Source: a virus (taxonomy: Duplodnaviria > Caudoviricetes). Taken from it: a DNA stretch of 31,069 bases. Positions 1 through 6,327 of the stretch are shown here, piece by piece; the first letter of the stretch is position 1; every line of letters begins with the position of its first letter. Under the pieces are notes generated by a model, which was given only the letters and a program-made list of their open reading frames with translations, was not told where the DNA came from and made no database searches. Made by a program: the position numbers and the translations under genes. The stretch is taken from positions 1 through 31,069 of IMG/VR virus record IMGVR_UViG_3300025108_000233. The stretch is one strand, 5' to 3'.

Positions 1-53
1 ATAAATACTTTTGATTACTCTATTTGAGTAATCATGAATATTTATATATTCAA

Positions 54-114
54 TAGGCTAGGGTAGTGCCTAGGTAAAAAGAAGCGAACCTTGTGTTCAA
101 ACCTAAAACTGCCC
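54..114 (+). ncRNA. Structured 5' leader of the first early gene (hairpin/pseudoknot, unknown class)
   Basis: GGGTAGT 61-67 pairs with ACTGCCC 108-114, TAGGT 71-75 with ACCTA 101-105, and GAAC 86-89 with GTTC 95-98. TAGGC 54-58 can alternatively pair with GCCTA 68-72. Confidence 0.4.
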
Positions 115-144
115 AAAAGAATAAACAAACAAAAGGAGCAAAAA

Positions 145-390
145 ATGACTACATTTTATTTAAATACGACTAAAAGCTTAAGAAAAGAGTCCTCATTCGG
201 ATTTAATACTTACTATTCCTATGCAACTCCAGTTGCATTCGAAAGATATGGGAAACTTTTCGTGAGCGAAAACGTTTGGTCCAGAACGACTGGCAAACAC
301 TTAACACAAATTGACGGAGGCGCTAAAAAATCAAGAATTCCTCATGATGAATTTGTTAAAATATACAACGAAGCGAGACAGGTTCTTTAA
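145..390 (+). CDS. Phage early hypothetical protein (81 aa)
   Basis: AAGGAG SD at 133-138 before ATG 145. The YSY.TPVA...WSRTTGKHL pattern is typical of small phage early proteins. The TTG start at 91 is unlikely. Confidence 0.8.
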   Translation: MTTFYLNTTKSLRKESSFGFNTYYSYATPVAFERYGKLFVSENVWSRTTGKHLTQIDGGAKKSRIPHDEFVKIYNEARQVL

Positions 391-494
391 TGTATAGAAA
401 ACCAAAAGCAGAAATTATAGTAGACCGATTTATTATCGGTCTATTTGTTGTAAAAGCAATTTATATTGCTTATTTAATATCAATTGGAGGCTAA
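390..494 (+). CDS. Small hydrophobic peptide (34 aa, MYRKPKAEIIVDRFIIGLFVVKAIYIAYLISIGG)
   Basis: TAATG stop/start overlap with the upstream gene; one predicted TM segment; fills the gap exactly. Confidence 0.55.
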   Translation: MYRKPKAEIIVDRFIIGLFVVKAIYIAYLISIGG

Positions 495-498
495 TAAA

Positions 499-696
499 AT
501 GAGAGTAATATCGAGTAAAAACCCTTTGACTAAGGAAACTTGGGCATTCGTTAAACTATTAAGAGAGGGTCATGATCATGTCAGTAATGGACACGATCAT
601 AAAGTATATCTACAAAAAGACGTTAATGGCGTTGAGCATTTAGTGACTCAAAACAAAGACGGAAAGATCGAGTCAATAGAAAGATTGGAGGACTAA
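499..696 (+). CDS. Hypothetical protein
   Basis: GGAGG 486-490 before ATG 499. Confidence 0.7.
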   Translation: MRVISSKNPLTKETWAFVKLLREGHDHVSNGHDHKVYLQKDVNGVEHLVTQNKDGKIESIERLED

Positions 697-803
697 TGAC
701 AAAAGAACAACAAGAGAAATTTGAGGAAATACAAAATATAATTAATCAACTTGTGTATGACCTTGAAGATTTAAAAAATGATTTAGAAGATAATAAAAAG
801 TAA
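696..803 (+). CDS. Small acidic coiled-coil peptide (35 aa, MTKEQQEKFEEIQ...)
   Basis: GGAGG SD and TAATG overlap; the stop lies immediately before the ribozyme. Confidence 0.65.
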   Translation: MTKEQQEKFEEIQNIINQLVYDLEDLKNDLEDNKK

Positions 804-806
804 TTC

Positions 807-878
807 ACGAAACACGGTCCACGATAAACGGTCCGTGTCTAGGCTCACGAGTTGAAAGAGCCTACTGACGAGTAACTC
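807..878 (+). ncRNA. Hammerhead ribozyme, type II, with pseudoknot
   Basis: GAAA 809-812; stem III ACACGG 812-817/CCGTGT 833-838; cleavage triplet GTC 837-839; stem I TAGGCTC 840-846/GAGCCTA 858-864; CTGACGA 865-871; stem II AC 807-808/GT 872-873; pseudoknot GAGTT 849-853/AACTC 874-878. Confidence 0.93.
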
Positions 879-895
879 AAACAAAGGAGAGCAAA

Positions 896-1102
896 ATGAA
901 TAACAATATATTACAAGTACAAAACAAGGTCGTTTACGGAAATGATCTCGTCTACCCTGTCTGTGACAAAGCAAAAAAGTTCGCTGATCTTTTATGTGTC
1001 AAAACATTTAATGATCATCACATTTGTAAAATCTTAGACTTAGGGTTTAAATTTGAGTTAGTGGTCGACTCAAAATTTCAAAAAATATTAAATAGGGGGT
1101 AA
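896..1102 (+). CDS. Hypothetical protein (paralog of 2824..3012)
   Basis: AAAGGAG SD; YPVC..A..FA.L...T motif shared with 2824..3012. Confidence 0.8.
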   Translation: MNNNILQVQNKVVYGNDLVYPVCDKAKKFADLLCVKTFNDHHICKILDLGFKFELVVDSKFQKILNRG

Positions 1103-1104
1103 CA

Positions 1105-1335
1105 ATGGCAGATCATATAACCAAGCTAACCGACATCTATAATCGTTGGTTAGACCAAGACGAAAATAAAAACGTTGATAAGGGTTCAGCAGACGATGTT
1201 TTATTATTTGATGAGTCCTTGACGACAGACCAAAAAAACTTTTTAGAGCGTTTTTGTGATTTGTGGGAAACTGCACAAGATCATGAATACGAATTAAAAC
1301 TAAACAGAGCATATAAAGAAGAAAGGAGGTTCTAA
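1105..1335 (+). CDS. Hypothetical protein
   Basis: GGGGG SD-like sequence; tight packing with neighbours. Confidence 0.75.
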   Translation: MADHITKLTDIYNRWLDQDENKNVDKGSADDVLLFDESLTTDQKNFLERFCDLWETAQDHEYELKLNRAYKEERRF

Positions 1336-1796
1336 TGGAAATTAGAATTATCGACAAAAATCAAAAGTTGTTACCTAATAAATTGGGTACACATTTTGGA
1401 AGCGTGATTAATTGGTCACGTTCTCGCTCATGGTTTAAGCTTGACGCTTTAACTATTGGTAATGGTGCTACGGTCTATTATTGGTCCGATCGCCATAGTG
1501 GTACGTTAATTGACGTTATCACTAAAAAAAACGGTAGACGCTTTATTGTGGTTCAAATGGACTATGCTAAGCGTACCGATAGTAATGGCTTTTCAGAAAG
1601 CCAGACCTATGAATTTACGCCTAACCCTGAGGGGCGTAAACATTACGCTGAGGTTATCGACATTGAAACCTCAGAAGGTGAAAGAGGGTTTATTCTCGAA
1701 CCTAGAGAATTTAATCCTAAGACGAACCGTTTTTCAAAAGACGGTAATCGTATCACCTTGGGACATCGGTCCGAGTATTGGGACCCTTCGTTCTAA
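1335..1796 (+). CDS. Phage hypothetical protein with C-terminal G.R.EYWDPSF
   Basis: AAAGGAGG SD and TAATG overlap; 153-aa ORF. Confidence 0.85.
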   Translation: MEIRIIDKNQKLLPNKLGTHFGSVINWSRSRSWFKLDALTIGNGATVYYWSDRHSGTLIDVITKKNGRRFIVVQMDYAKRTDSNGFSESQTYEFTPNPEGRKHYAEVIDIETSEGERGFILEPREFNPKTNRFSKDGNRITLGHRSEYWDPSF

Positions 1797-1798
1797 TA

Positions 1799-2105
1799 TA
1801 CATTTTCTAAGACTCCGATTTGGGGTCTTGGACAATGTGTAAATACTAAGCACGATTGAGATTGAATTTGATCCCTCAATCAATAGACGTGTCTATGGTC
1901 CCTTTCATTGTAGTGGATTAGTTTCAGAGGTAGCCTCTAAGTTTTTCATAACCACTTTAAAAAAAACAAACTTAACTAGCAAGGCACGTGGGACTGTCTA
2001 AAGTGAACCAAAAGGATTTCCTAAGTTACAAGGATCATCACCTTGGCTTTCGTTATCAATCTTCACAAGTCCCACTGACCAAAACTTTTTAAAATAGTTG
2101 GTTGA
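1799..2105. ncRNA. Candidate multi-hairpin non-coding RNA (unassigned)
   Basis: No credible ORF. Stems at 1806-1816/1822-1832, 1854-1860/1875-1881, 1883-1888/1891-1896, 1912-1916/1952-1956, 1926-1930/1934-1938, 1988-1995/2068-2075 and 2029-2033/2041-2045. Confidence 0.5.
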
Positions 2106-2154
2106 AAAAAAAATAAAACTAACAATAAAGAGTATAAGAGATTGAAAAAAAAAC

Positions 2155-2184
2155 TTGAATTTTTTTACGATGTCTCGATATAGT
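2155..2184 (+). promoter_or_regulatory. Sigma70-like promoter for the manA-like RNA
   Basis: TTGAAT 2155-2160, 18-nt spacer, TATAGT 2179-2184, with A-tracts upstream. The predicted +1 (~2191) coincides with the first base of the closing stem. Confidence 0.65.
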
Positions 2185-2190
2185 AAGTAA

Positions 2191-2419
2191 GAAATATAGA
2201 AGGACCTGAAACCAAACAAATTGCAATTTGTTTGGAGGCACTCTGACTGAATAACGATTTTAAAACAGAGTCGTAAGGTATAGGGCTCAAGAAGTATGGC
2301 CAAATGGCTGAGGTCTTGAGAAGTAAGTGCGAGTAGAGAGAGATAAACTATCTGTTCCGTCCGAAAGTTGTGGGTAACAGTTCAAACCCCACGAGTACCC
2401 TCAGGTCCTTCTACGTTTC
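2191..2419 (+). ncRNA. Large structured ncRNA, manA-RNA-motif-like
   Basis: Perfect 13-bp closing stem 2197-2209/2401-2413, extendable to 2191/2419. Internal stems 2212-2235, 2241-2245/2266-2270, 2286-2292/2314-2320 and 2370-2374/2388-2392. GACTGAATAA 2245-2254, TAAGG 2274-2278 and TTGTGGGTAA-CAG...CCCAC resemble conserved manA blocks as I recall them. Confidence 0.7.
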
Positions 2420-2436
2420 AAACAAAGGAGGCTATA

Positions 2437-2466
2437 ATGCTGATTATAGTTCTAGACCCATGGTAG
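2437..2466 (+). CDS. Possible 9-aa micro-peptide MLIIVLDPW
   Basis: Strong SD AAAGGAGG 2424-2431 at canonical spacing; the stop lies inside a terminator hairpin. Confidence 0.35.
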   Translation: MLIIVLDPW

Positions 2467-2484
2467 CCCTTAGGGGCTACTTTT
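2463..2484 (+). terminator. Rho-independent terminator
   Basis: GTAGCCC/GGGCTAC stem followed by TTTT. Confidence 0.65.
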
Positions 2485-2493
2485 CATTAAAAT

Positions 2494-2830
2494 AAAAGGA
2501 GAGCAAATGACTAAACAAGACATACATGAACTCGTGTGGAATTATCTTTTTGATAAAGCATACGATGAAGACAAGCTATTTGAAGAGATTGAGTATCTTC
2601 TCAAATCTTTTGATCAATGGTGTGGTTATACTTCTCAAGAAATTTGGGAATATTGGAATGATAATAAAAAAAGATATGAATTCGGAGACGAGTTTATTCC
2701 TTTTTTGATCAATCACATTACGCTTGATAATAAAACTTATGACGTTGACGGTATCAAAATTACACCGACACTCAAAAAACAATTATTTGTTTTTAAAAAT
2801 AAACTAGAAGAAAAGGAGAGCAAATGACTA
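2494..2830 (+). repeat. 20-bp direct repeat AAAAGGAGAGCAAATGACTA (2494-2513, 2811-2830)
   Basis: Two exact copies, each spanning an RBS and start codon, flanking the 2507..2827 gene. Confidence 0.85.
2507..2827 (+). CDS. Hypothetical protein
   Basis: AAGGAG SD; 106 aa. Confidence 0.8.
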   Translation: MTKQDIHELVWNYLFDKAYDEDKLFEEIEYLLKSFDQWCGYTSQEIWEYWNDNKKRYEFGDEFIPFLINHITLDNKTYDVDGIKITPTLKKQLFVFKNKLEEKESK

Positions 2831-3012
2831 GAGAAAAACAAGACCTACTTGTTAAACGCAATTCAGTCGACTCAAAAAGATTTCACCCTTACTGTGCTAG
2901 GGCTGAAACTTTTGCTTTATTAACAAGAAAACTAACCTTAAATGAAGATGAATTAAATTGGATTGGACTTTTAGGTTATAATATTATAATACTAGATAAG
3001 GAGGTAAAATGA
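2824..3012 (+). CDS. Hypothetical protein (paralog of 896..1102)
   Basis: AAGGAG SD; ATGA overlap. Confidence 0.75.
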   Translation: MTREKQDLLVKRNSVDSKRFHPYCARAETFALLTRKLTLNEDELNWIGLLGYNIIILDKEVK

Positions 3013-3155
3013 GTAAACTAAAACTGCTATATAGAAAAGTAATGTTTTTATTTTCTAAACAAGATCTAGACGCAATTTTAAAGTATGACCCTTTAAACAT
3101 ACTTACAGATAAAAAAATTAAAGGTATATGGTTAGAACAGGAGGAACAAGAATGA
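3009..3155 (+). CDS. Hypothetical protein (48 aa, MSKLKLLYRKV...)
   Basis: AAGGAGG SD; ATGA overlaps at both ends. Confidence 0.7.
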   Translation: MSKLKLLYRKVMFLFSKQDLDAILKYDPLNILTDKKIKGIWLEQEEQE

Positions 3156-3391
3156 CATCAGGCGTACAAGAAAAAAGAAGAATGATTGTCGGTCGAAATC
3201 TTAAATACAAGACCAACGATCCACGAGTCACGCTCCAAAGACTACGAGAGCAACAAGGCTATTTACTTTTAGATTTCACTCACTCAAAGTATTTGGGTAA
3301 AGAAACGCTAAGAGTGAAGATAGACGGAATGGATAGACGTTTTTATGAGCGATATCTATCAGAAAGAAAACTTAATCAGAAAGGAGAATAA
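3152..3391 (+). CDS. Hypothetical protein
   Basis: AGGAGG SD supports a start at 3152 rather than 3128. Confidence 0.7.
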   Translation: MTSGVQEKRRMIVGRNLKYKTNDPRVTLQRLREQQGYLLLDFTHSKYLGKETLRVKIDGMDRRFYERYLSERKLNQKGE

Positions 3392-3709
3392 ATGACGTGG
3401 ACTATACATCAAGGTTATTTGGGAGACCCTAAAGGTCTTCCCATAGCTGACACGTTAATCTTTGTAAAGCACAAAGAAAGAAGTTACGAGGCAATCGCTT
3501 TATATAGTGGAGAACATCGTAACGTTTATAAGAAAGATAAGGACAAGCTTTTCGATTATTTATCGAGTCCAAAATCTTTGAGTAAACAACAATTTGAAAA
3601 TTTTCTAAATCCGAACGATAATTTTATGGACAGAATTTTCAATAAAAGCACGAGAACTTTAGAAATCAAAAAGTTTCTGGAGTCACAATTAGAAAAGGAG
3701 AAAGAATGA
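3392..3709 (+). CDS. Hypothetical protein
   Basis: AAGGAG SD; abuts the upstream stop. Confidence 0.8.
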   Translation: MTWTIHQGYLGDPKGLPIADTLIFVKHKERSYEAIALYSGEHRNVYKKDKDKLFDYLSSPKSLSKQQFENFLNPNDNFMDRIFNKSTRTLEIKKFLESQLEKEKE

Positions 3710-3822
3710 AAATAGACGTAAGATCGAAAGATTGTGTTTATATCACAATAAAGGGAGTTGTTTATTATATTGATGACTCAACAGGAGAACAAATAATAGA
3801 TAAATGGAAGGAGACTAAATAA
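3706..3822 (+). CDS. Hypothetical protein (38 aa, MKIDVRSKDCVYITIKG...)
   Basis: SD plus ATGA overlap. Confidence 0.65.
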   Translation: MKIDVRSKDCVYITIKGVVYYIDDSTGEQIIDKWKETK

Positions 3823-3932
3823 TGGCTATTGTATTTGGAGGCGTTCGCTATGACGAAAAATCTACAGGTGTGGCTAGGTTAAAGAGAAAAGCTAAAAAGA
3901 AAAAAAGTAAAAAGAAAGGAAGAAAAAAATGA
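3822..3932 (+). CDS. Lysine-rich basic peptide (36 aa)
   Basis: AAGGAG SD and TAATG overlap; MAIVFGGVRYDEKSTGVARLKRKAKKKKSKKKGRKK. Confidence 0.6.
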   Translation: MAIVFGGVRYDEKSTGVARLKRKAKKKKSKKKGRKK

Positions 3933-4144
3933 ACGATCAATTAAAAACAGTGGGCATGGTATCAGCTATGTTTGGTATTATGTCTGGAGACGACAGAGAA
4001 GGTAAAGTAAAATATCAAAAAAGATTTTTTGAAACAGTCAATGGAATAAGTTTTCCTGACGATTGGGATAGTTTACCTTTAGAAGAAAAAGAACGTAGAT
4101 TAGAAGAAGTGCAAAAGTTAGCGCTAGAAAAGGAGAAAGAATGA
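3929..4144 (+). CDS. Hypothetical protein
   Basis: ATGA overlap; FPDDWDSLPLEEKERRL motif. Confidence 0.75.
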   Translation: MNDQLKTVGMVSAMFGIMSGDDREGKVKYQKRFFETVNGISFPDDWDSLPLEEKERRLEEVQKLALEKEKE

Positions 4145-4317
4145 AATATAAGTTTGATCATATAATCGATATACTTCTTCATAGAGACGGTTGGTTAAGA
4201 GTGCCATGGTGGGTACCACAAGACCAAGAAAGAGAACAAGAAAGGAGCAATAACTATGAAACACGAGCACGCGTTCAACAATACAATCAATCACGGTCAT
4301 ATCGAAGGACCGTTTGA
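4141..4317 (+). CDS. Hypothetical protein (58 aa, MKYKFDHIIDILLHRDGW...)
   Basis: SD plus ATGA overlap; the 3' end overlaps the next gene. Confidence 0.5.
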   Translation: MKYKFDHIIDILLHRDGWLRVPWWVPQDQEREQERSNNYETRARVQQYNQSRSYRRTV

Positions 4318-4504
4318 TTTTCATTTAGTACAAGTAAACAAACAAGAGGTTTACGTTTACGATCACGGAAATTATTTGTTTAAAACAAAAATTCCTCGTG
4401 TTGATCCTAAATATGTCAATGATGTGAAAGAACTCAAAAACGCAAGAATAAAAGAGATCATTCGCATAGCAAAAAACAAAGTTAGCGATGTCTATTTATA
4501 TTAG
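4256..4504 (+). CDS. Hypothetical protein
   Basis: AAGGAG SD. Confidence 0.7.
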   Translation: MKHEHAFNNTINHGHIEGPFDFHLVQVNKQEVYVYDHGNYLFKTKIPRVDPKYVNDVKELKNARIKEIIRIAKNKVSDVYLY

Positions 4505-4688
4505 AGGCTTTGTTGATTATCCGTTGAGCCAATATTCTAATGAAGAGCTATTGGCTCGACTCAATAAAATAAAGAACATTATTAAAAATTCAGCACATTG
4601 TGATTTAGATGTAAAATTAAAATTAATAATGGAACAAGAAATAAAAGAAAGGGAAGTAAATGACTGTAAAAATAATAAATTGGTCTGA
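4488..4688 (+). CDS. Hypothetical protein
   Basis: Overlapping ORF in the same-strand run; weak SD. Confidence 0.55.
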   Translation: MSIYIRGFVDYPLSQYSNEELLARLNKIKNIIKNSAHCDLDVKLKLIMEQEIKEREVNDCKNNKLV

Positions 4689-5190
4689 AGCTAAAAAACA
4701 GAAGCTTACAAGATATTACAATGGAGTACCCTGTAAGTGGGGACATATTGCTCAACGAGCCACGAGCAATCGTCAATGCATTCGGTGTAAACAAGACGCA
4801 GATAGTTTTCGAAAGAAATCAAAAGAATGGAAAGAAACTCTTTGGAACTTATTAGGTATCCGATTAAGAAGTATGAGAAAAAAAGATTTAAAGAAATTTA
4901 AACATAAACTAAAGTTAACAAGAGAGGATTTATTAGAAATCTATAATCGAACATATAACAAAAGAAAAAAACAACACATTTGCGAAGCTATAAAAACAAT
5001 AGCACTTACTACTGTTTCAGGCCCAAATGTAGTTTCTTTTGATCGTATTGATAACACAAAACCACATACAAAAGAAAATTTAAAATGTGTTTGTTGGTCA
5101 GTTAATAAAGCTAGATCCGACAACAATTCTAAATTTCTTTTTAAAGTGGCCAAATATACAAGAAGATTGGAGTTGGAACATGCCTTGTAA
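4660..5190 (+). CDS. Putative HNH/His-Me-finger (homing-type) endonuclease with N-terminal Zn-binding domain
   Basis: N-terminal RYYNG.PCKWGH..QR..SN.QCIRC; C-terminal C...SFDRIDN.K..TKENL..VCWSVNKAR. Confidence 0.7.
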   Translation: MTVKIINWSEAKKQKLTRYYNGVPCKWGHIAQRATSNRQCIRCKQDADSFRKKSKEWKETLWNLLGIRLRSMRKKDLKKFKHKLKLTREDLLEIYNRTYNKRKKQHICEAIKTIALTTVSGPNVVSFDRIDNTKPHTKENLKCVCWSVNKARSDNNSKFLFKVAKYTRRLELEHAL

Positions 5191-5377
5191 GAATACAGAA
5201 AAATCAGCGATAGACCGTCACGCAAAAAGAAAACGTGATATTTTATCACTGTTAGAAAAATATATCAAAGTACGAAATCAATCTAAAGTTGATATAGTAA
5301 ACAAGAAGTTTGAATATGAAATAGAGAAACTTCGAAACGAATTAACTAACATCAATAAGTTACTTGATGTCATCTAA
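5180..5377 (+). CDS. Hypothetical coiled-coil protein
   Basis: ATG 5180 after GGAG; ends before the terminator. Confidence 0.55.
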   Translation: MPCKNTEKSAIDRHAKRKRDILSLLEKYIKVRNQSKVDIVNKKFEYEIEKLRNELTNINKLLDVI

Positions 5378-5381
5378 TTCA

Positions 5382-5408
5382 TAATGAGGGGGAAACACCC
5401 CCTCATTA
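5382..5408. terminator. Terminator-like hairpin ending the early operon
   Basis: TAATGAGGGG...CCCCTCATTA inverted repeat directly after the stop codon. Confidence 0.65.
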
Positions 5409-5473
5409 AATCTATTTTACTATCTGTTTAAATATTATATAAATAAATAATTCATTTTATGAAAGGATGAACA

Positions 5474-5629
5474 ATGTCTAAAAAAGAAGAACAAAAATGG
5501 GTGTCTCAAATAATTTCTAAAGACACACAAAAGTTATTAGAAAGAATTTGTAAAGATACAATGAGAACAAAACCGACTCAATTACATATAATTGTCAAAG
5601 AATATTACGAAAAATTAGAAAAAGTTTAG
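5474..5629 (+). CDS. Small ribbon-helix-helix-like DNA-binding protein (51 aa)
   Basis: AAAGGA SD; KWVSQIISKDTQKLLERICKDTMRTKPTQLHIIVKEY fits a beta-alpha-alpha Arc/CopG pattern. Confidence 0.55.
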   Translation: MSKKEEQKWVSQIISKDTQKLLERICKDTMRTKPTQLHIIVKEYYEKLEKV

Positions 5630-5664
5630 TATAATTTATGGATAAATTATGATATTTTTTAAGA

Positions 5665-5871
5665 ATGTTGGAGATATTAAAAGATAATCCACACTTCTTT
5701 CAGAAGACTGTCTATAAAGTCGAATACGTTGACGTACCTGACGAAGAAGAAAATACTGTTCAAAAGGTATTAGTTGAATTTACAGACGGTTCAGAGAAGC
5801 TTTATGATTTTACTTTTTGGAAAAAAGTAGTTGAAAGAGGAAAAGAAATTTTAGAGAGAAGAAGAACTTAA
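5665..5871 (+). CDS. Hypothetical protein
   Basis: 68-aa ORF. Confidence 0.6.
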   Translation: MLEILKDNPHFFQKTVYKVEYVDVPDEEENTVQKVLVEFTDGSEKLYDFTFWKKVVERGKEILERRRT

Positions 5872-5993
5872 ATAGTTCTTGCTCTCTCTTCTGTTTGACT
5901 GTCTTCTGGTTTATATTCCTTATATGCAGTCATTTGGGCTATTACGTCCTGTAAGTAGGCTATAACTAGCTTGTTTTCTTGTTCTTCGGTCAT
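5868..5993 (-). CDS. Hypothetical protein (41 aa, MTEEQENKLVIAYLQD...)
   Basis: AAGGAG SD on the minus strand at 5999-6004; converges on the 5665..5871 stop. Confidence 0.55.
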   Translation of the reverse strand: MTEEQENKLVIAYLQDVIAQMTAYKEYKPEDSQTEERARTI

Positions 5994-6111
5994 TAAATCT
6001 CCTTTTTTTTAGCGTGAAAGATCATCATATCAAACTTGGTGTATAAAAAGCCACACATTTATTTTTCATTTTATTAAATAAATGATTTGACTTTTATGAT
6101 AGCATTGTTCC

Positions 6112-6327
6112 ATGCTTAAATTTTTCTTAATTGGTTGGGCCTGTGTCTACTCTAGCACTGAAACAAGTTGTGTTAGAATGGGATCTGAGGTTATTCATAA
6201 TTCTTTAGAAAGTTGTCAACAACATTATAATCTTGTTTTGAAAGAATTATCAAAAGTTGAAGACGTAGAAATAAAATTAACTTGTGTTAATTCAGTTATT
6301 TTAGAAGACTATCTTTTAAACTCTTAA
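6112..6327 (+). CDS. Small Cys-containing, possibly exported protein
   Basis: Hydrophobic N-terminus and four Cys; no SD. Confidence 0.5.
   Translation: MLKFFLIGWACVYSSTETSCVRMGSEVIHNSLESCQQHYNLVLKELSKVEDVEIKLTCVNSVILEDYLLNS

Larger units (their letters stand above)
3690..4146 (+). repeat. 22-bp direct repeat TAGAAAAGGAGAAAGAATGAAA (3690-3711, 4125-4146)
   Basis: Two exact copies; each encodes the EKEKE-stop of an LEKEKE ending plus the next RBS and ATG. Confidence 0.85.

Noticed and set aside
80-90. AGAAGCGAACC resembles the start of a hairpin ribozyme
   Set aside because: The AGAGAAACA and GUAUAUUAC loop B strands and a matching GUC substrate strand are absent.
61-120. HDV-like or pistol ribozyme reading of the 5' element
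   Set aside because: The helix order does not fit, and no P4, catalytic C or P2 partner follows ACTGCCC.
783-974. 63-aa minus-strand ORF over the ribozyme
   Set aside because: Antisense shadow of the ribozyme and of the 896..1102 gene.
1998-2303. 101-aa minus-strand ORF
   Set aside because: It crosses A-tracts, a promoter and the ncRNA; it has no SD and low-complexity composition.
2370-2392. tRNA (GTTCAAAC T-loop-like sequence)
   Set aside because: No cloverleaf, acceptor stem or anticodon arm; it is part of the larger ncRNA.
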